64,000 nucleotides of DNA from the NCBI RefSeq assembly GCF_009914755.1, contig NC_060928.1; one strand, given 5' to 3'. The stretch is from the human T2T-CHM13v2.0 reference genome, Homo sapiens. Shown here in pieces: positions 50,462 to 64,000 of the stretch. The notes beneath the pieces were generated by a model that worked only from the letters and a program-made list of their open reading frames with translations, searched no databases and had not been told where the DNA came from. Position 1 is the first letter of the stretch; every line of letters starts with the position of its first letter. Position numbers and translations under genes: made by a program.

Positions 50462-51805
50462 TTACAATTTTTCATGTTTTTGCAGTGGCTGGTACTGGTT
50501 GTTCCTTTCCATGTTTAGTGCTTCCTTCAGGAGCTCTTGTAAGGTAGGCCTACTGGTGACAAAATCTCTCAGCATTTGCTTGTCTGTAATGGATTTTATT
50601 TCTCCTTCACTTATGAAGCTTAGTTTGGCTGGATATGAAATTCTGGGTTGAAAATTCAAAAAACAAACACTGCATGTTCTCCCTCATAGGTGAGAATTGA
50701 ACAATGAGAACACAGGGACACAGGAAGGGGAACATCACACACCAGGGACTGTTGTGGGGTGGAGGGAGGTGGGAGGGATAGCATTAGGAGATATACCTAA
50801 TGCTAAATGACGAGTTAATGGGTGCAGCACACCAACATGGCACATGTATACATATGTAACAAACCTGCACATTGTGCACATGTACCCTAAAACTTAAAGT
50901 ATAATAATAATAAAATTTAAAAGAAAATTGTTAGTTCCAGTAGAAAAATTAAAAAAAAAAAGAAAAAGAAAATTCTTTTATTTAAGAATGTTGAATATGG
51001 GCCCCCACTCTCTTCTGGCCTGTAGAGTTTCTGCCAAAAGATCAGCTGTTAGTCTGATGGGCTTCCCTATGTGGGTAACCCTACCTTTCTCTCTGGCTGC
51101 CCTTAATATTTTTTCCTTCATTTCAATTTTGGTGAATCAGACAATTATATGTCTTGGAGTTGCTCTCCTTAAGGAGTATCTTTGTGGTGTTCTCTGTATT
51201 TCCTGAATTTGAATGTTGACCTGCCTTGCTAGGTTGGGGAAGTTCTCCTGGATAATATCCTGAAGAGTGTTTTCCAACTTAGTTCCATTCTCCTCGTCAC
51301 TTTCAGGTACGCAAATCAGACTCAGATTTGGTCTTTTCACATAGTCCCACATTTCTCAGAGGCTTTGTTCACTTCTTTTTACTCTTTTTTCTCTAAACTT
51401 CTCTTCTCGCTTCATTTCATTCATTTGATCTTCAATCACTGATACCCTTTCTTTCACTTGATTGAATCTGCTACTGAAGCTTCTGCATGCATCACGTAGT
51501 TCTTGTGCCATGGTTTTCAGCTCCATCAGGCCATTTAACATCTGTTCCATGCTGTTTATTCTAGTTAGCCATTCGTCTAATCTTTCTTCAAGGTTTTTAG
51601 CTTCTCTGCAATGGGTTCGAACATCCTCCTTTAGCCAGGAGAAGTTTGTTATTATTGATCATCTGAAGCCTTCTTCTCTCAACTTGTCAAAGTCATTCTC
51701 TGTCCAGCTTTGTTCCATTGCTGGCGAGGAGCTGCATTCCTTTGGAGTAGAAGAGGCACTCTGATTTTTAGAATTTGCAGCTTTTTTTCTCTAGTTTCTC
51801 CCCAT
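50462..51805 (-). pseudogene. Disrupted L1 ORF1
   Basis: ATG GGG AGA AAC TAG (stop at codon 5); fragments WDYVKRPNL and FQPRISYPAKLSF; split by insertion at 50658-50967. Confidence 0.9.
50658..50967 (+). mobile_element. 5'-truncated L1PA4-like 3' end with short 3' transduction
   Basis: 'ttaggagatatacctaatgctaaatgacgagttaatggg...aacttaaagtataataataataaaa' + non-L1 segment + second A-tail; TSD gaaaattc at 50650 and 50968. Confidence 0.88.
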
Positions 51806-52376
51806 CTTTGTGGTTTTATCTACCTTTGGTCTTTGATGATGGTGACATACAGATGGGGTTTTGGTGTGAATGTCCTTTCTGTTTGTTAGTTTTCCTTCTA
51901 ACAGTCAGGACCCTCAGCCGCAGGTCTTTTGGAGTTTGCTAGAGGTCCACTCCAGACCCTGTTTGCCTGGGTATCACGAGCGGAGGCTGCAGAACAGCAA
52001 TTATTGCAGAACGGCAAATGTTGCTGCCTGATCGTTCCTCTGGAAGCTTCGTCTCAGAGGGGCACCTGGCTGTATGAGGTGTCAGTCAGCTCCTACTGGG
52101 AGGTGTCTCCCAGTTAGGCTACTCGGGGTTCAGGGACCCACTTGAGGAGGCAGTCTGTCCATTCTCAGATCTCAAACTCCATTCTGGGAGAACCATTACT
52201 CTCTTCAAAGCTGTCAGGGACATTTAAGTCTGCAGAAGTTTCTGCTGCCTTTTGTTCAGCTATGCCCTGCCCCCAGAGGTGGATTCTACAGAGGCAGGCA
52301 GGCCTCCTTCAGCTGCAGTGGACTCCACCCTGTTCGCACTTCTTGGGGGCTTTGTTTACCTACTCAAGCCTCAGCA

Positions 52377-52493
52377 ATGGCGGATCCCCTTCCCCCAGCC
52401 TCGCTGTTGCCTTGCAGTTCCATCTTAGACTGCTGTGCTAGCACTGAGCGAGGCTCCGTGGGCGTGGGACTTTCTGAGCCAGGCACGGGATAA
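52377..52493 (+). pseudogene. Truncated L1 antisense ORF0 homologue (38 aa)
   Basis: gcaATGG start; MADPLPPASLLPCSSILDCCASTERGSVGVGLSEPGTG* aligns with recalled ORF0 MAGAPPPASLPPCSLISDCCASNQRDSVGVGPSEPG. Confidence 0.75.
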
Positions 52494-53039
52494 AATCTCC
52501 TGGTGTGCTCTTTGCTAAGACCATTGGAAAAGCACAGTATTAGGGTGGGAGTACCCGATTTTCCAGGTACCATCTGTCACTGCTTCCCTTGGCTAGGAAA
52601 GGGAATTCCCCGACTCCTTGCACTTCCTGGGTGAGGCAATGCCCCTCCCTGCTTCAGCTCACATTCCATGGACTGCACCCACCTTCTGACAAGCCCCAGT
52701 GAGATGAACCCAGTACCTCAGTTGTAAATGCTGAAATCGCCCATCTTCTGCGTCACTCACACTGGAAGATGTAGACTGGAGCTGTTCCTATTTGGCCATC
52801 TTGTAACTGCTGCAAATACAGGGTTTTAAACCCAGAAAGCCACAGATCATTTCTAAGGATGATGAACCTAAAAAACAAACCAAATGTCCCTTAAATACAT
52901 TTTTAAAGTTTAGTTTTTACTTATATTTTATATGGTTCCTAAACATATTCAATACACTTGGTCATACATTTTCTGCCCCCAATTTTTTCAGAATCCTTCA
53001 TTTGGCCTTTTTCTTATTTATTGATATTGATTATTCTTT

Positions 53040-53660
53040 TCTTAAGGCACATTTCTTTATATCTCATTTACCCCCTATATTAAACCCACATGTTAATAGT
53101 GATGAAATCTAGATTTCTATTCTCAGGTCAAATGGTTTCCTTGAGCACAACTGCCACACATCCAACTCATTCTTGAATAAATTTTACTTGCATGCTACCT
53201 GGAATCTCAAATGCAGTGTGATCAAACCTGCTTTTGTCTCACCTATTCCCTAACTTCATTCTGCTTCTCGTTCTATATTCCTAACATTAGTCAATTTCTC
53301 TGCTACCAACTTGACCCCTCATTCCAGGAACCATACCTGCTTTCTCCTGCCACACGCATAGTACCCATAGTTCATACCGTTAATACTAGTGTATGTATTT
53401 CCCACTCCATTCCTACTTCCGATTTTAGTTCACACCAACTTAGTTTACATAGATTATTGCATCAATGTCCAAACTGGTTTTGCTGTTTCTACTATCATAT
53501 CCCTCCAAACTTTTCTCAATGCTGCTGCTAAATTGACCATTTTATAATAAAAAGACTTTTATCAATATCCTGTTTAGTGGTTTTAAATGCCTTCCCATTC
53601 TTACCAAAATAAAATACAAATTATTTAACATGATAGACTTCGTAAGGACTCTATACAATT
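53040..53660 (+). mobile_element. L2 fragment
   Basis: 'aatctcaaatgcag...gattattgcatcaatgtccaaactggt...tttagtggttttaaatgccttcccatt...aaaatacaaattatttaacatg'. Confidence 0.6.
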
Positions 53661-54785
53661 GTCCAACTTTCTTTAGAACTTTTTTAAAAATTTCGTACCA
53701 AAATATCACAATTATCAATTTTTCAAAAACAAATTAACAAACAGAAAAACAAAAGTCATGCTCTCATTTCTCCATAATTTAATAGAAACTGCTTTCTTGA
53801 CACCTCTAATTGAAATATCATAACAGAATTATTATTATTATTTTAATGAGAGCTCTTTCCTCCTGCAAGATTGACATTCCAAAAGGAAAGATCTCTTGTT
53901 ATAGAAAACCAAATGCATATACTGTGATGTATCAGATGAAGGTCGTACTTGTCTTTGGAAGTATAAATATGCAGATATTTTGTTGAATGAAAAAGCTTTT
54001 GTAGACCACATGACCTTCACCATATTTTCTTCATTCTCCACCCTGAAGTCTCTGTCAGCCATAAAAATAGGCACAGAAACAGATGCTAAAATAAATAAAA
54101 TGGATTTTTAAATGTAAATAAAAATGTAATCAATGATAATAAAAGTAGTTATTGCACATATCTCAAATATACAAATATCCCAGATTGTTCTCCTTCATTC
54201 TAGTTCTGCCCTTATAATAAGGAAAAAACAAAACAAAACAAAACAAAAACCTTTGTCCTACGCTCTGTTCTTTTGAAGGCCTCAAATATTAAAAAGATTA
54301 AAATGTATACACACACATGCAGCCACCTCTGACACTTAGGATGTGGCATTTACCATGGGAACAATGTAACCCCCTAAACCTGAATGCTGCCCTTAAGAAT
54401 AATACTAGTCCAGTCACAGATAAATGGTTCTCCTGGCCCACTCCAATTTTATATATAAAAGTAGATATAAAAGGTGACTGAATGCCTTGAAGTGTTATGG
54501 GTTGTATAGCTGCCAATTTAAGTCACCAATACTGCTCTCAGTGAGCTAGATAGCGTTGAGAGTTTGACATCTTTAGGTAAGAAAAAAGACAAAATAATTA
54601 ACTAGTCATATCTGCCCTTTTAAGTAGCATAAATGCAATAAGTTCTTGCTTTATGAAGTATTACCTCCTAATGGTACCAGTGTCCATATTTCTCTTGTTT
54701 TTCTGTTTCAACTTGTGGTCCTGCAACTACTATTGCATTCATAATATTGAGCAATTCAAATTACTCGTAATCGTTAGAAAGATAG

Positions 54786-55386
54786 TGTGATGGTTAATAC
54801 TAGGTATCAAGTTGACTGCATTGAGGGATACCTAAATGATTGATGAGCATTTCTTCTGAGTGTGTCTGTAAGGTTGTTGCCAGAGGAAATTGACATTTGA
54901 TTCTGTGGACTAGGAGAGGAAGGCTCACTCTCCATGAAGGTGAGTACCACCCAATTGCCTAAAAGCACAGCTACAACAAAGAAGGCAGAAGAGGAGGGAT
55001 AAGTAGTTTGCTTGCTGAGTCAGCTTACTCTCTCTTCCTGTGCCATGCCAGATGCTTGGCTTCCTCTCCTCCTGCCTTTATACATTAGACTGTAGGATCT
55101 TCAGCCTTTGGACTCCTTTGGGACTTTGGATATTGGGACCAGCCACTTTCCAGGGGCTATCCAACCCTCACCTCAGACTGAGAGCTGCACTGTCAGTTTC
55201 CCTGGTTTTGAGATTTTTCAGACTTGGACTGAGCCATGCTACTGGCTTCTCTCTTTCTCCAGCTTGCACACAGCTTATCCTTGGACTTTCTTTGGTAATC
55301 ATGTGAGCCACTTGTCCCAATAAACTCCAGTTTATATGTACATATACCCTATTGGTTCTGTCCTTCTGGAAACCCTGACTAATACA
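54786..55386 (+). mobile_element. MLT2B-type solo LTR
   Basis: tgtgatggttaatact...ggaaaccctgactaataca with perfect 5-bp TSD gatag (54781, 55387). Confidence 0.9.
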
Positions 55387-56316
55387 GATAGATTGCAGAT
55401 AGATCAATGAATGACAGGCATTGTTTGATTCCAACATCTTACATTGACCACTAGATATAGATTAAACTCCAGAATTGTAAATTGATTTATTGTTATAAAT
55501 CAATTTAATTTAATTTTCAAAAAATTGATTAATTTCAGTTTTATTTAAATAATATTTAAGGATTTATTTCTCATAATTATATATCATATCATTAAATATA
55601 TAATATAATCATATATAATATAATTATTATATGTTATTAAGAAACATTTATTATAATTTTTTAAATTAAATAATTTTAAACATTTAGAAAAACAATTTTA
55701 AAACAATATGTTAAAATAATTTTGATGTTTAAACTTTATGCAGTTAATGTTGTTTGATAAAATATACTCACTTTTATGCTTCTATTAAAATATTGTTCAC
55801 AAATTGTCATTATTTTTGGTAGAACACAAATTATGTGAGGTTTTGTTATAACAACATAATTGGTAATTTTGCTGACATAATAGAAATACAAATACATTGT
55901 ATACAAATACATTAATAAATTTGTAGATTACAAATTATTCTTTACTCTTCACTCAACAATAGAACTTCCAGTGATGTGCAGTAATAGTTAAGGCGTCTAG
56001 TATTTTTCTGACTTTTAGTTACCTAAAAACATAGCTGTACACATAGCTTTTTTATTTTATCATATAAAGGTGTATTTGTCAATGTAGAAAGATAGAATGC
56101 ATTTTTCTTAGCAGCTTGTTGTTTGATACACTTCATGTATTTAGAAGCATGATATGTGAGCCTCTGGTGCCTTCTTGACTGGGCCTGGGATGGCAGGGGC
56201 AAGCCTCCTTCATGCCTGCCTCTCTCTCTTTCCAAACATGGCCGCTGTTCACCACCAGGCCCTTTCTGGATTATGACAATACCATCCCAATTTCTCCTCC
56301 CACTTTCCTCCTCGCC

Positions 56317-56828
56317 TCTGATTTTAAATTTTTGGTGTCAACTTGAGCAGGTTGAGATACCCAGGTAGCTGGTAAAGCATTATTTCTGGGCCTATCTGTG
56401 AGAGTGGTTCTAGAAGAGATTAGTAATGCAATCAGTAGACTGAATACAAAAAATCTTCCCTCCCAAATGTGGGCAGGGATCATCCAAACACTTAACCCTC
56501 CAGATAGAACAGAAAGGCAGAGGAAGGGCAAGTTGTCTCTCTTCCTGATCTGTGACATTCATCTTCTGCTAACCTCAGACCTCAGATGTTCAGAATTGTT
56601 GGCCTTCATTCTCAGACTGAGAGTCACACCAGAGGCTCCCTGGGTTCTCAGGCCTGCAGACTCAGACTTGAGCTACACCACAAGCCTCCCTGGTTCTCCA
56701 GCTTGCAGACAGCATATTATCGTGGGACTTTTCAGCCTGCATAATTTAATGAGCCAATTACCATGACAAACTCCTATCTTATATCTGTAGATCTTACTGG
56801 TTCTGTTTCTCTAGAAAACCCTAACATA
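56317..56828 (+). mobile_element. MLT2B-type solo LTR
   Basis: 'gtgtcaacttgag...agctggtaaagcattatttctggg...ctgtttctctagaaaaccctaacata'; TSD tcgcc/ttgcc. Confidence 0.85.
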
Positions 56829-56846
56829 TTGCCTTACCTTCAACTT

Positions 56847-56894
56847 CTTGTCCATATAATAGCTTGTCCATATAATAGCTTGTCCATATAATAA
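56847..56894. repeat. Tandem 16-mer x3 (cttgtccatataatag)
   Basis: Three near-perfect copies. Confidence 0.95.
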
Positions 56895-56937
56895 TCTTAT
56901 CATGTTATTATCCTGCTTGAAATACTTCAGTGGTAAT

Positions 56938-57041
56938 CATATCTATATATATATTATATATATATGAAATATATATAATATATATATATGAAATATATAT
57001 ATATTATATATATTATATATATATGAAATATATATAATATA
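56938..57041. repeat. Interrupted (TA)n tract with recurring 'tatgaaatata'
   Basis: Directly visible. Confidence 0.9.
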
Positions 57042-57102
57042 AAAATGAAGTGGATGGTGAGGTAAACTATTCAGTTTTTTAGTATAGGGCAAAATACTTG
57101 TT

Positions 57103-57432
57103 CTGCCAGCTGCCAAGATCACTCTGAGTCTCTAGCAACTTAAGAAATCAACTTGCCCAAGACAATCTTTCCCAAAACCAATGACTGTTCAAGGTGGTGG
57201 TGCAAGGTCTCTGATCTCTTGCCACAATTTGGGGCACCTGTGAGTTTTCCAGAGCTCCTCAAGGGATCAGATAAAGCCTCTATTGGAATTGCATGGCAGT
57301 TCAACTTCTCTCTATGCTCAATTGTGCTTTCTTCACTCTCCTGCAGATGTTAGCAAGAACATTCCCCAGAAAATTTCCTACATGAAATTGTCTGTGTCGG
57401 GGTCTGTTTCCCAGGGAACTGGACTAAAACAA
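57103..57432 (+). mobile_element. LTR16-family (ERVL) solo LTR
   Basis: 'gagctcctcaagggatcagataaagcctct...gcagttcaacttctctctatgctcaa...ggtctgtttcccagggaactggactaaaaca'. Confidence 0.7.
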
Positions 57433-57817
57433 CAGACCTCTATGTTCACAGGCTACTTTTCCAACTTTATCTCCATGCTGCACTCCCCCTCAACCACAGT
57501 ACCTAGCAACATCAGCCTTGTGAATATTAAAGTCTCTGGGGACTTGACAACTGATTTTTTTTTTTCTTTCAAAACAGTCTTTCTCTTTTCTTCATAAGAA
57601 TAAAAAATTCTCAACTTTTGCAACTCATCGTGTGTTCAGAGAGCCTTCTTTTCCATCTTACACTTGCTTAAAATCCCAGGATAGCAGGGTTCATACCTTT
57701 CCTTTTTTACATCATCTCTTTGTAATGCTATTTGTCTGCTTTCTCATTTGAATTGTATATGTGTAGTAAAGAAATTAACACATATGTATTAAATGTTTTC
57801 CATGGGCCCAGCATGCT

Positions 57818-59064
57818 AGCAAGACTAAGCATAAAGAACAAATCTGGAGGCATCACATTACCTGATTTCAAACTATTCTATAAGGCCATAGTCAACAACA
57901 CAGCATGGTACTTGTATAAAACTAGGCACATAGATCAATGGAACAGTATAGAGAACCCAGAAATAAACCCAAATACTTACACCCAACTGATCTTTCACAA
58001 AGAAAACACAAACATAAAGTGTGGAAAGGATACCCTTTTCAACAAATTGTGCTGGGATAATTGGCTAGCCACATGTAGGAGAATGAAACTGGATCCTCAT
58101 CTCTCACCTTATACAAAATTCAACTCAAAATAGATTAAGGATATAAATTTAAGACATGAAACCACAAAAATTCTAGAAGATAACATTGGAAAAACCCTTC
58201 TAGACATTGGCTTATGCAAGGATTTCATGACCAAGAACCCAAAAGAAAATGCAATACAAACAAGGATAAATTACTGGGACTTAATTAAACTAAAGAGATT
58301 TGCACGGCACAAGGAACAGTTAGCAGAGTAAACAGACAACCCTCAAAGTGGGAAAAAATCTTCACAATCAATACATATGACAAAGGACTAATATCCAGAA
58401 TCTACAAAGAACTCAAACAAATCAGTAACAAAAAAAATTCCCATCAAAATGTGGGCTAAGGACATGAATAGACAATTCTCATAAGAAGATATACAAATGG
58501 CAAACAAACATATGAAAAAATGCTTAACACCACTAATGATCAGGGAAATGCAAATCAAAGCCACAATGCGATACCACCTTACTCCTGCAAGAATGACCAT
58601 AATAATAAAAAAAATAGTATATGTTTGTGTGGATATGGTGAACAGGGAACACTTCTACTCTGCTGGTGGGAATGTAAACTAGTACAACCAGGATGGAAAA
58701 CAGTGTGGAGATTTCTTAAAGAAATAAAAGTAGAATTACCATTTGATCCAACAATCCTACTACTGGGTATCTACGCAGAAGAAAAGAAGTCATTATACCA
58801 AAAAGATACTTGCACACACATGTTTAGAGCAGCACAATTTGCAATTGCAAAAACGTGGAACCAACACAAATGCCCATCAATCAACGAGTGGATAAAGAAA
58901 CTCTGATATATATATATATATATACTTGTCTCATATATATATATAAATATATACACACACACACTCATCATATATATATTTACACTCATACATATATACA
59001 CTCATCATATATATATACACTCATATATACACAGTCATCATATATATACACACACACACTCATC

Positions 59065-59095
<31 letters not shown>

Positions 59096-59455
59096 ATGGA
59101 ATACTACTCAACCATAAAAAGGAATGAATTAATGTCATTTGCAGTAACCTGGGTGAGACTGGAGACTATTACTCTAAGTGAAGTAACTCAGGAATGGAAA
59201 AACAAACATGAGTTTGTTCTCACTCATAAGTGGGAGCTAAGCTATGATGACGCAAAGGCATAAGAATGACACAGTGGACTTTGGGGATTCAGGGGGAAAG
59301 GGTGGGAAGAGGGTAGGGATAAAAAACCACAAATAGGGTGCAGTGTATACTGCTACAGTGATGGGTGCACCAAAATTTCACAAATCACCACTAAATAACT
59401 TACTCATGTAACCAAACACCACCTGTTCCCCAATAACTTATGGAACTAAAAAAAA
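57818..59455 (+). mobile_element. 5'-truncated L1PB1-like element with internal TA/CA/TG microsatellite (58907-59092)
   Basis: ORF2 C-terminal fragments ([14 protein letters not shown]; [10 protein letters not shown]); 3'UTR 'gggagctaagctatga..acgcaaaggcataagaatga'. Confidence 0.88.
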
Positions 59456-59599
59456 TGTTTTTTATTAAACAGCATGTATTATGCAACAGATATTTTTGTG
59501 AGTAAGAAGGAAGCAAAAAATTTTTATATATTATACTTTTTGGAAGACTTGTAATGACTGACAAATTGATAATTTATTCAAGTACTATTTTAACAAATA

Positions 59600-60740
59600 A
59601 AAATTTATATTAAATAATAAAAAGTAAGAAATATGTGCATTAACACAAAATATTTTTATTTACTGAGCAAACATTCAAAATAATATAAGAAGTATAATCA
59701 TTTTGTTGCATATTCACTATAATTCTTAGTTGTATCTACCTCTAATGCCATGTCATCAATACCACATTATTTCTCTGAAGGGTACATTTTTCAATAGACC
59801 CCATATAATTACCTGCAATATTATTCAAAGTTAAATTTTATGGTTACTAAATTTGATATTATAGATACCATTCATTGATTCTTCTCTGTTGACACAAATA
59901 GTATTAACTGATAAATACTCTTTTCAGATGCTGAGGTACTTGGTAAACTCAGAGCATATTCTGTGAAATCAAAAATAGACATATTTCTAATATTTTTATA
60001 TTTAAATGCATAAATATCTCCATCCAATTGTCTATTTTCATATATAACTCAAAGTACTTTCTGGCTCCCATTCAAAATATCTTTCTTCAATAGGCACTTT
60101 TGTAAGACAAATCTCATAAAACCATTTTCTCTATGACTGTTTATATTTTGCTCACTTTAGGTGCAGCAAATAACAGGCCCTCTCGATTTTATTCAATTCC
60201 ACCATAGAATGTAAATGTATCCATTTAGAAACATGAACTCCATCAATATATTTTCACTAGATGTTGACATATTTCAAATTTCAATTTTTTAATCTCAAAT
60301 TAAACCCTATATAACTTTGGAACTCATTATTTTATTTGTTTAGCTCCTTTCCTTTTGCAGAGATATATTACAATATCTGCCTGTTAAAAAAATTGTTTGT
60401 CAGTAATTGCATTTCCCTAAAAATATCGGAGGCTGAATTGTCCTTGCACAACAATTGCTGAACACTGGGATTAAATATTTCCAAATATTTTTGAGCAAAA
60501 TGCAACCAATATTCAGAGGATTAATTTACAAAAATTTAATACCACTGTTGAACACTTAAATTGATTTGTAAAGTAGTTCTTCAAAGTTTCAAGCATTTGT
60601 ACCAACACCTAATGGATAACAACAGCAAAAAGTTTTGGACTACCATGAAATTATTTATTTTTTATATTCAACATCTAGCTCCTGAAAACCAGAGACTGTT
60701 AAAGCCTGAGACACTAAGCATATGTTCACATTCACATTGA
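59600..60740 (-). mobile_element. hAT transposase fossil (Blackjack-like)
   Basis: Minus strand ~59915-59965 reads EYALSLPSTSASE[fs]RVF, like the hAT dimerisation motif; HGS..FL.LL-like segment at ~60615-60648. Confidence 0.6.
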
Positions 60741-60769
60741 CAGTGACCATTCTTGTTTTATTTTATTTT

Positions 60770-62480
<1,711 letters not shown>

Positions 62481-63367
62481 TGAAGTGTATTACTAAATAA
62501 ATTTACGGAGAATATGAATTATTAAACATATATGCTGCTAAGGCTTTTTAATAAGCCATGTACCAGAGCTTCAAAAGAAAGAGTAGTTTATAAGCTGATA
62601 TGAAAAGTAAGTAGCTTGATGAGTTTTCAGATATAAACATATCTGCAAGGTGTTATTTAAAAGATGGCTAGTACCTAGTAAATAACTCTTCAAAGAATAC
62701 AAACAGGTCATCACTTGCCTGTGGTATCAAGTTGAAAGCTATCATTAATATTAAATTTAATATAAATGGAAAAAACACAGAAAAATCACATAGAAAATGC
62801 ATACTATTTAGTTTAGTCATATTTGTTCTAAATTATATTTTAATTTATTCAATTTATGAGAAATGTAATAGCACTGGATTGTAATAATACTCCTAAATGA
62901 TAATAATAGTTTGTAATAACTGGCAAATCACTATTACTTCTCTTTTACTAACTTCTCGTTATACTAACATTAATCAGGGTGAATTATTTGGATATTACCA
63001 ATGGGGGAGTAAGACACAATACTACCAATATGAGGAGCAAATCATTTCCCCTGCAGTTCAGTGTCTTGTAAATATCTCCTATTTTTTTAAAGAATTGCTA
63101 TTCATAACATGAACATGCAACAAGAGAAAGAAATTACATTAATTCAATTGTTTATGAGATTATTAAAAATGTATCGCATGCCTAGAATAATGAAATTGAG
63201 CTATTAAAAACAATGTCAATTCATCCTTCACCCATCAAGTTTGTCTTCTCTGCCAAAACACTCTGCCATTTGTTTTTAACAATGTATCTATTTTCATTTT
63301 TGTCTAAATTTGCAATGTGAAATTAAACACAAGCTATAACGTCTTTGGAATTATATTTTATATGGTG

Positions 63368-64000
63368 TGTATTATGGGGTGAACTATGTTCTCCCAAAAT
63401 TCACATTTTGAAGCCCTAAATCCCAGTACTTCAGAATGTGAATGTGCTACGGTTTGAGTAGGTCCCTTCTCAAATTCAGGTGTTGCCAATGTGATAGCAT
63501 TAAGAGGTGGAATTTTTAAGAGGTGATTAGGCCAGAAGGACTCCTCCCTTGTGAATGCCTTTATAAAAAGGCTTGACAGAAGGAGTTAATTGCTTTTGCC
63601 TTTCCACATTCTGTAATGAGAGGACACAGCATTCTTCCACATCAGAGATGTGGAATCAAGATACTGTCTTGGAAGCAGAGAACAGTCTTCACCAGACAAC
63701 CAAATCTACTGGAACCTTGATCTTGGACCTGCCAGTCTTCAGATCTGTGAAAAAACACAGTTCTGTTCTTCATAAACTCCCATCTCAGGCATTTGTAGTA
63801 GCAGCACAAGTGGACTAAGACAGACTGTATTGTAGAAGGGCCTTTCAAAATGTGATTAACTTAAAAGAAGGCCTTACACGTGGACCCTGATCCAATCAAG
63901 CCGGTGGTTTCATAAGATGAAGACATTTGACCCACAAGGAACCATCAGGTATGTGCACTGACAAAGGAAAGATCGTGTGAGGACACAGTGAGAAGCCTGC
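63368..64000 (+). mobile_element. MLT1 (A/B-like) LTR interrupted by an MST LTR; runs off window
   Basis: 'gaactatgttctcccaaaattcac...cagaatgtga' resumes at 63823 'gactgtatt...ccctgatccaat...gtgaggacacagtgagaag'. Confidence 0.8.
63445..63822 (+). mobile_element. MST-family (MaLR) solo LTR
   Basis: tgctacggtttga...gcagcacaagtggactaagaca; 5-bp TSD gaatg/gactg. Confidence 0.85.

Noticed and set aside
52142-52441. 99-aa ORF in the L1 5'UTR as ORF0
   Set aside because: Starts at TTG and is in a different frame from the ORF0 homologue at 52377.
55440-56200. Possible additional ancient DNA transposon remnant
   Set aside because: Very AT-rich; no terminal repeats or protein motif I can support.
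54786-56828. Two MLT2 LTRs as ends of one provirus
   Set aside because: Each has its own distinct TSD and the intervening DNA is not ERVL internal sequence.

Overview
AT-rich, CpG-poor human genomic DNA (intergenic or deep intronic). It is human because it carries an L1HS pre-Ta insertion. No host protein-coding gene, RNA gene or CpG island can be supported; the recognisable ORFs are decayed LINE-1 frames and the rest look like chance frames. Much of the window is transposon fossils: six Alus, old ERVL gag-pro-pol remnants, MaLR/MLT2/LTR16-type LTRs, MIR/L2, Tigger2, MER5, a hAT transposase fossil, an L1PB, and a near full-length minus-strand L1PA5/6-type element (45.5-52.8 kb). That L1 hosts a twin-primed pre-Ta L1HS and an L1PA4-type 3' end with a short 3' transduction, and has an in-frame ORF2 deletion removing the PCNA-binding motif. 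Other oddities: a tiny inverted L1 insertion at 19.3 kb, a ~140-bp ancient hairpin at 28.7 kb, a direct-inverted-direct micro-triplication at 31.8 kb and a ~250-bp local duplication with complex junctions (42.8/44.5 kb). I find no convincing new biological system. Subfamily names come from recalled consensus features and need RepeatMasker/Dfam confirmation; boundaries of old repeats are approximate.
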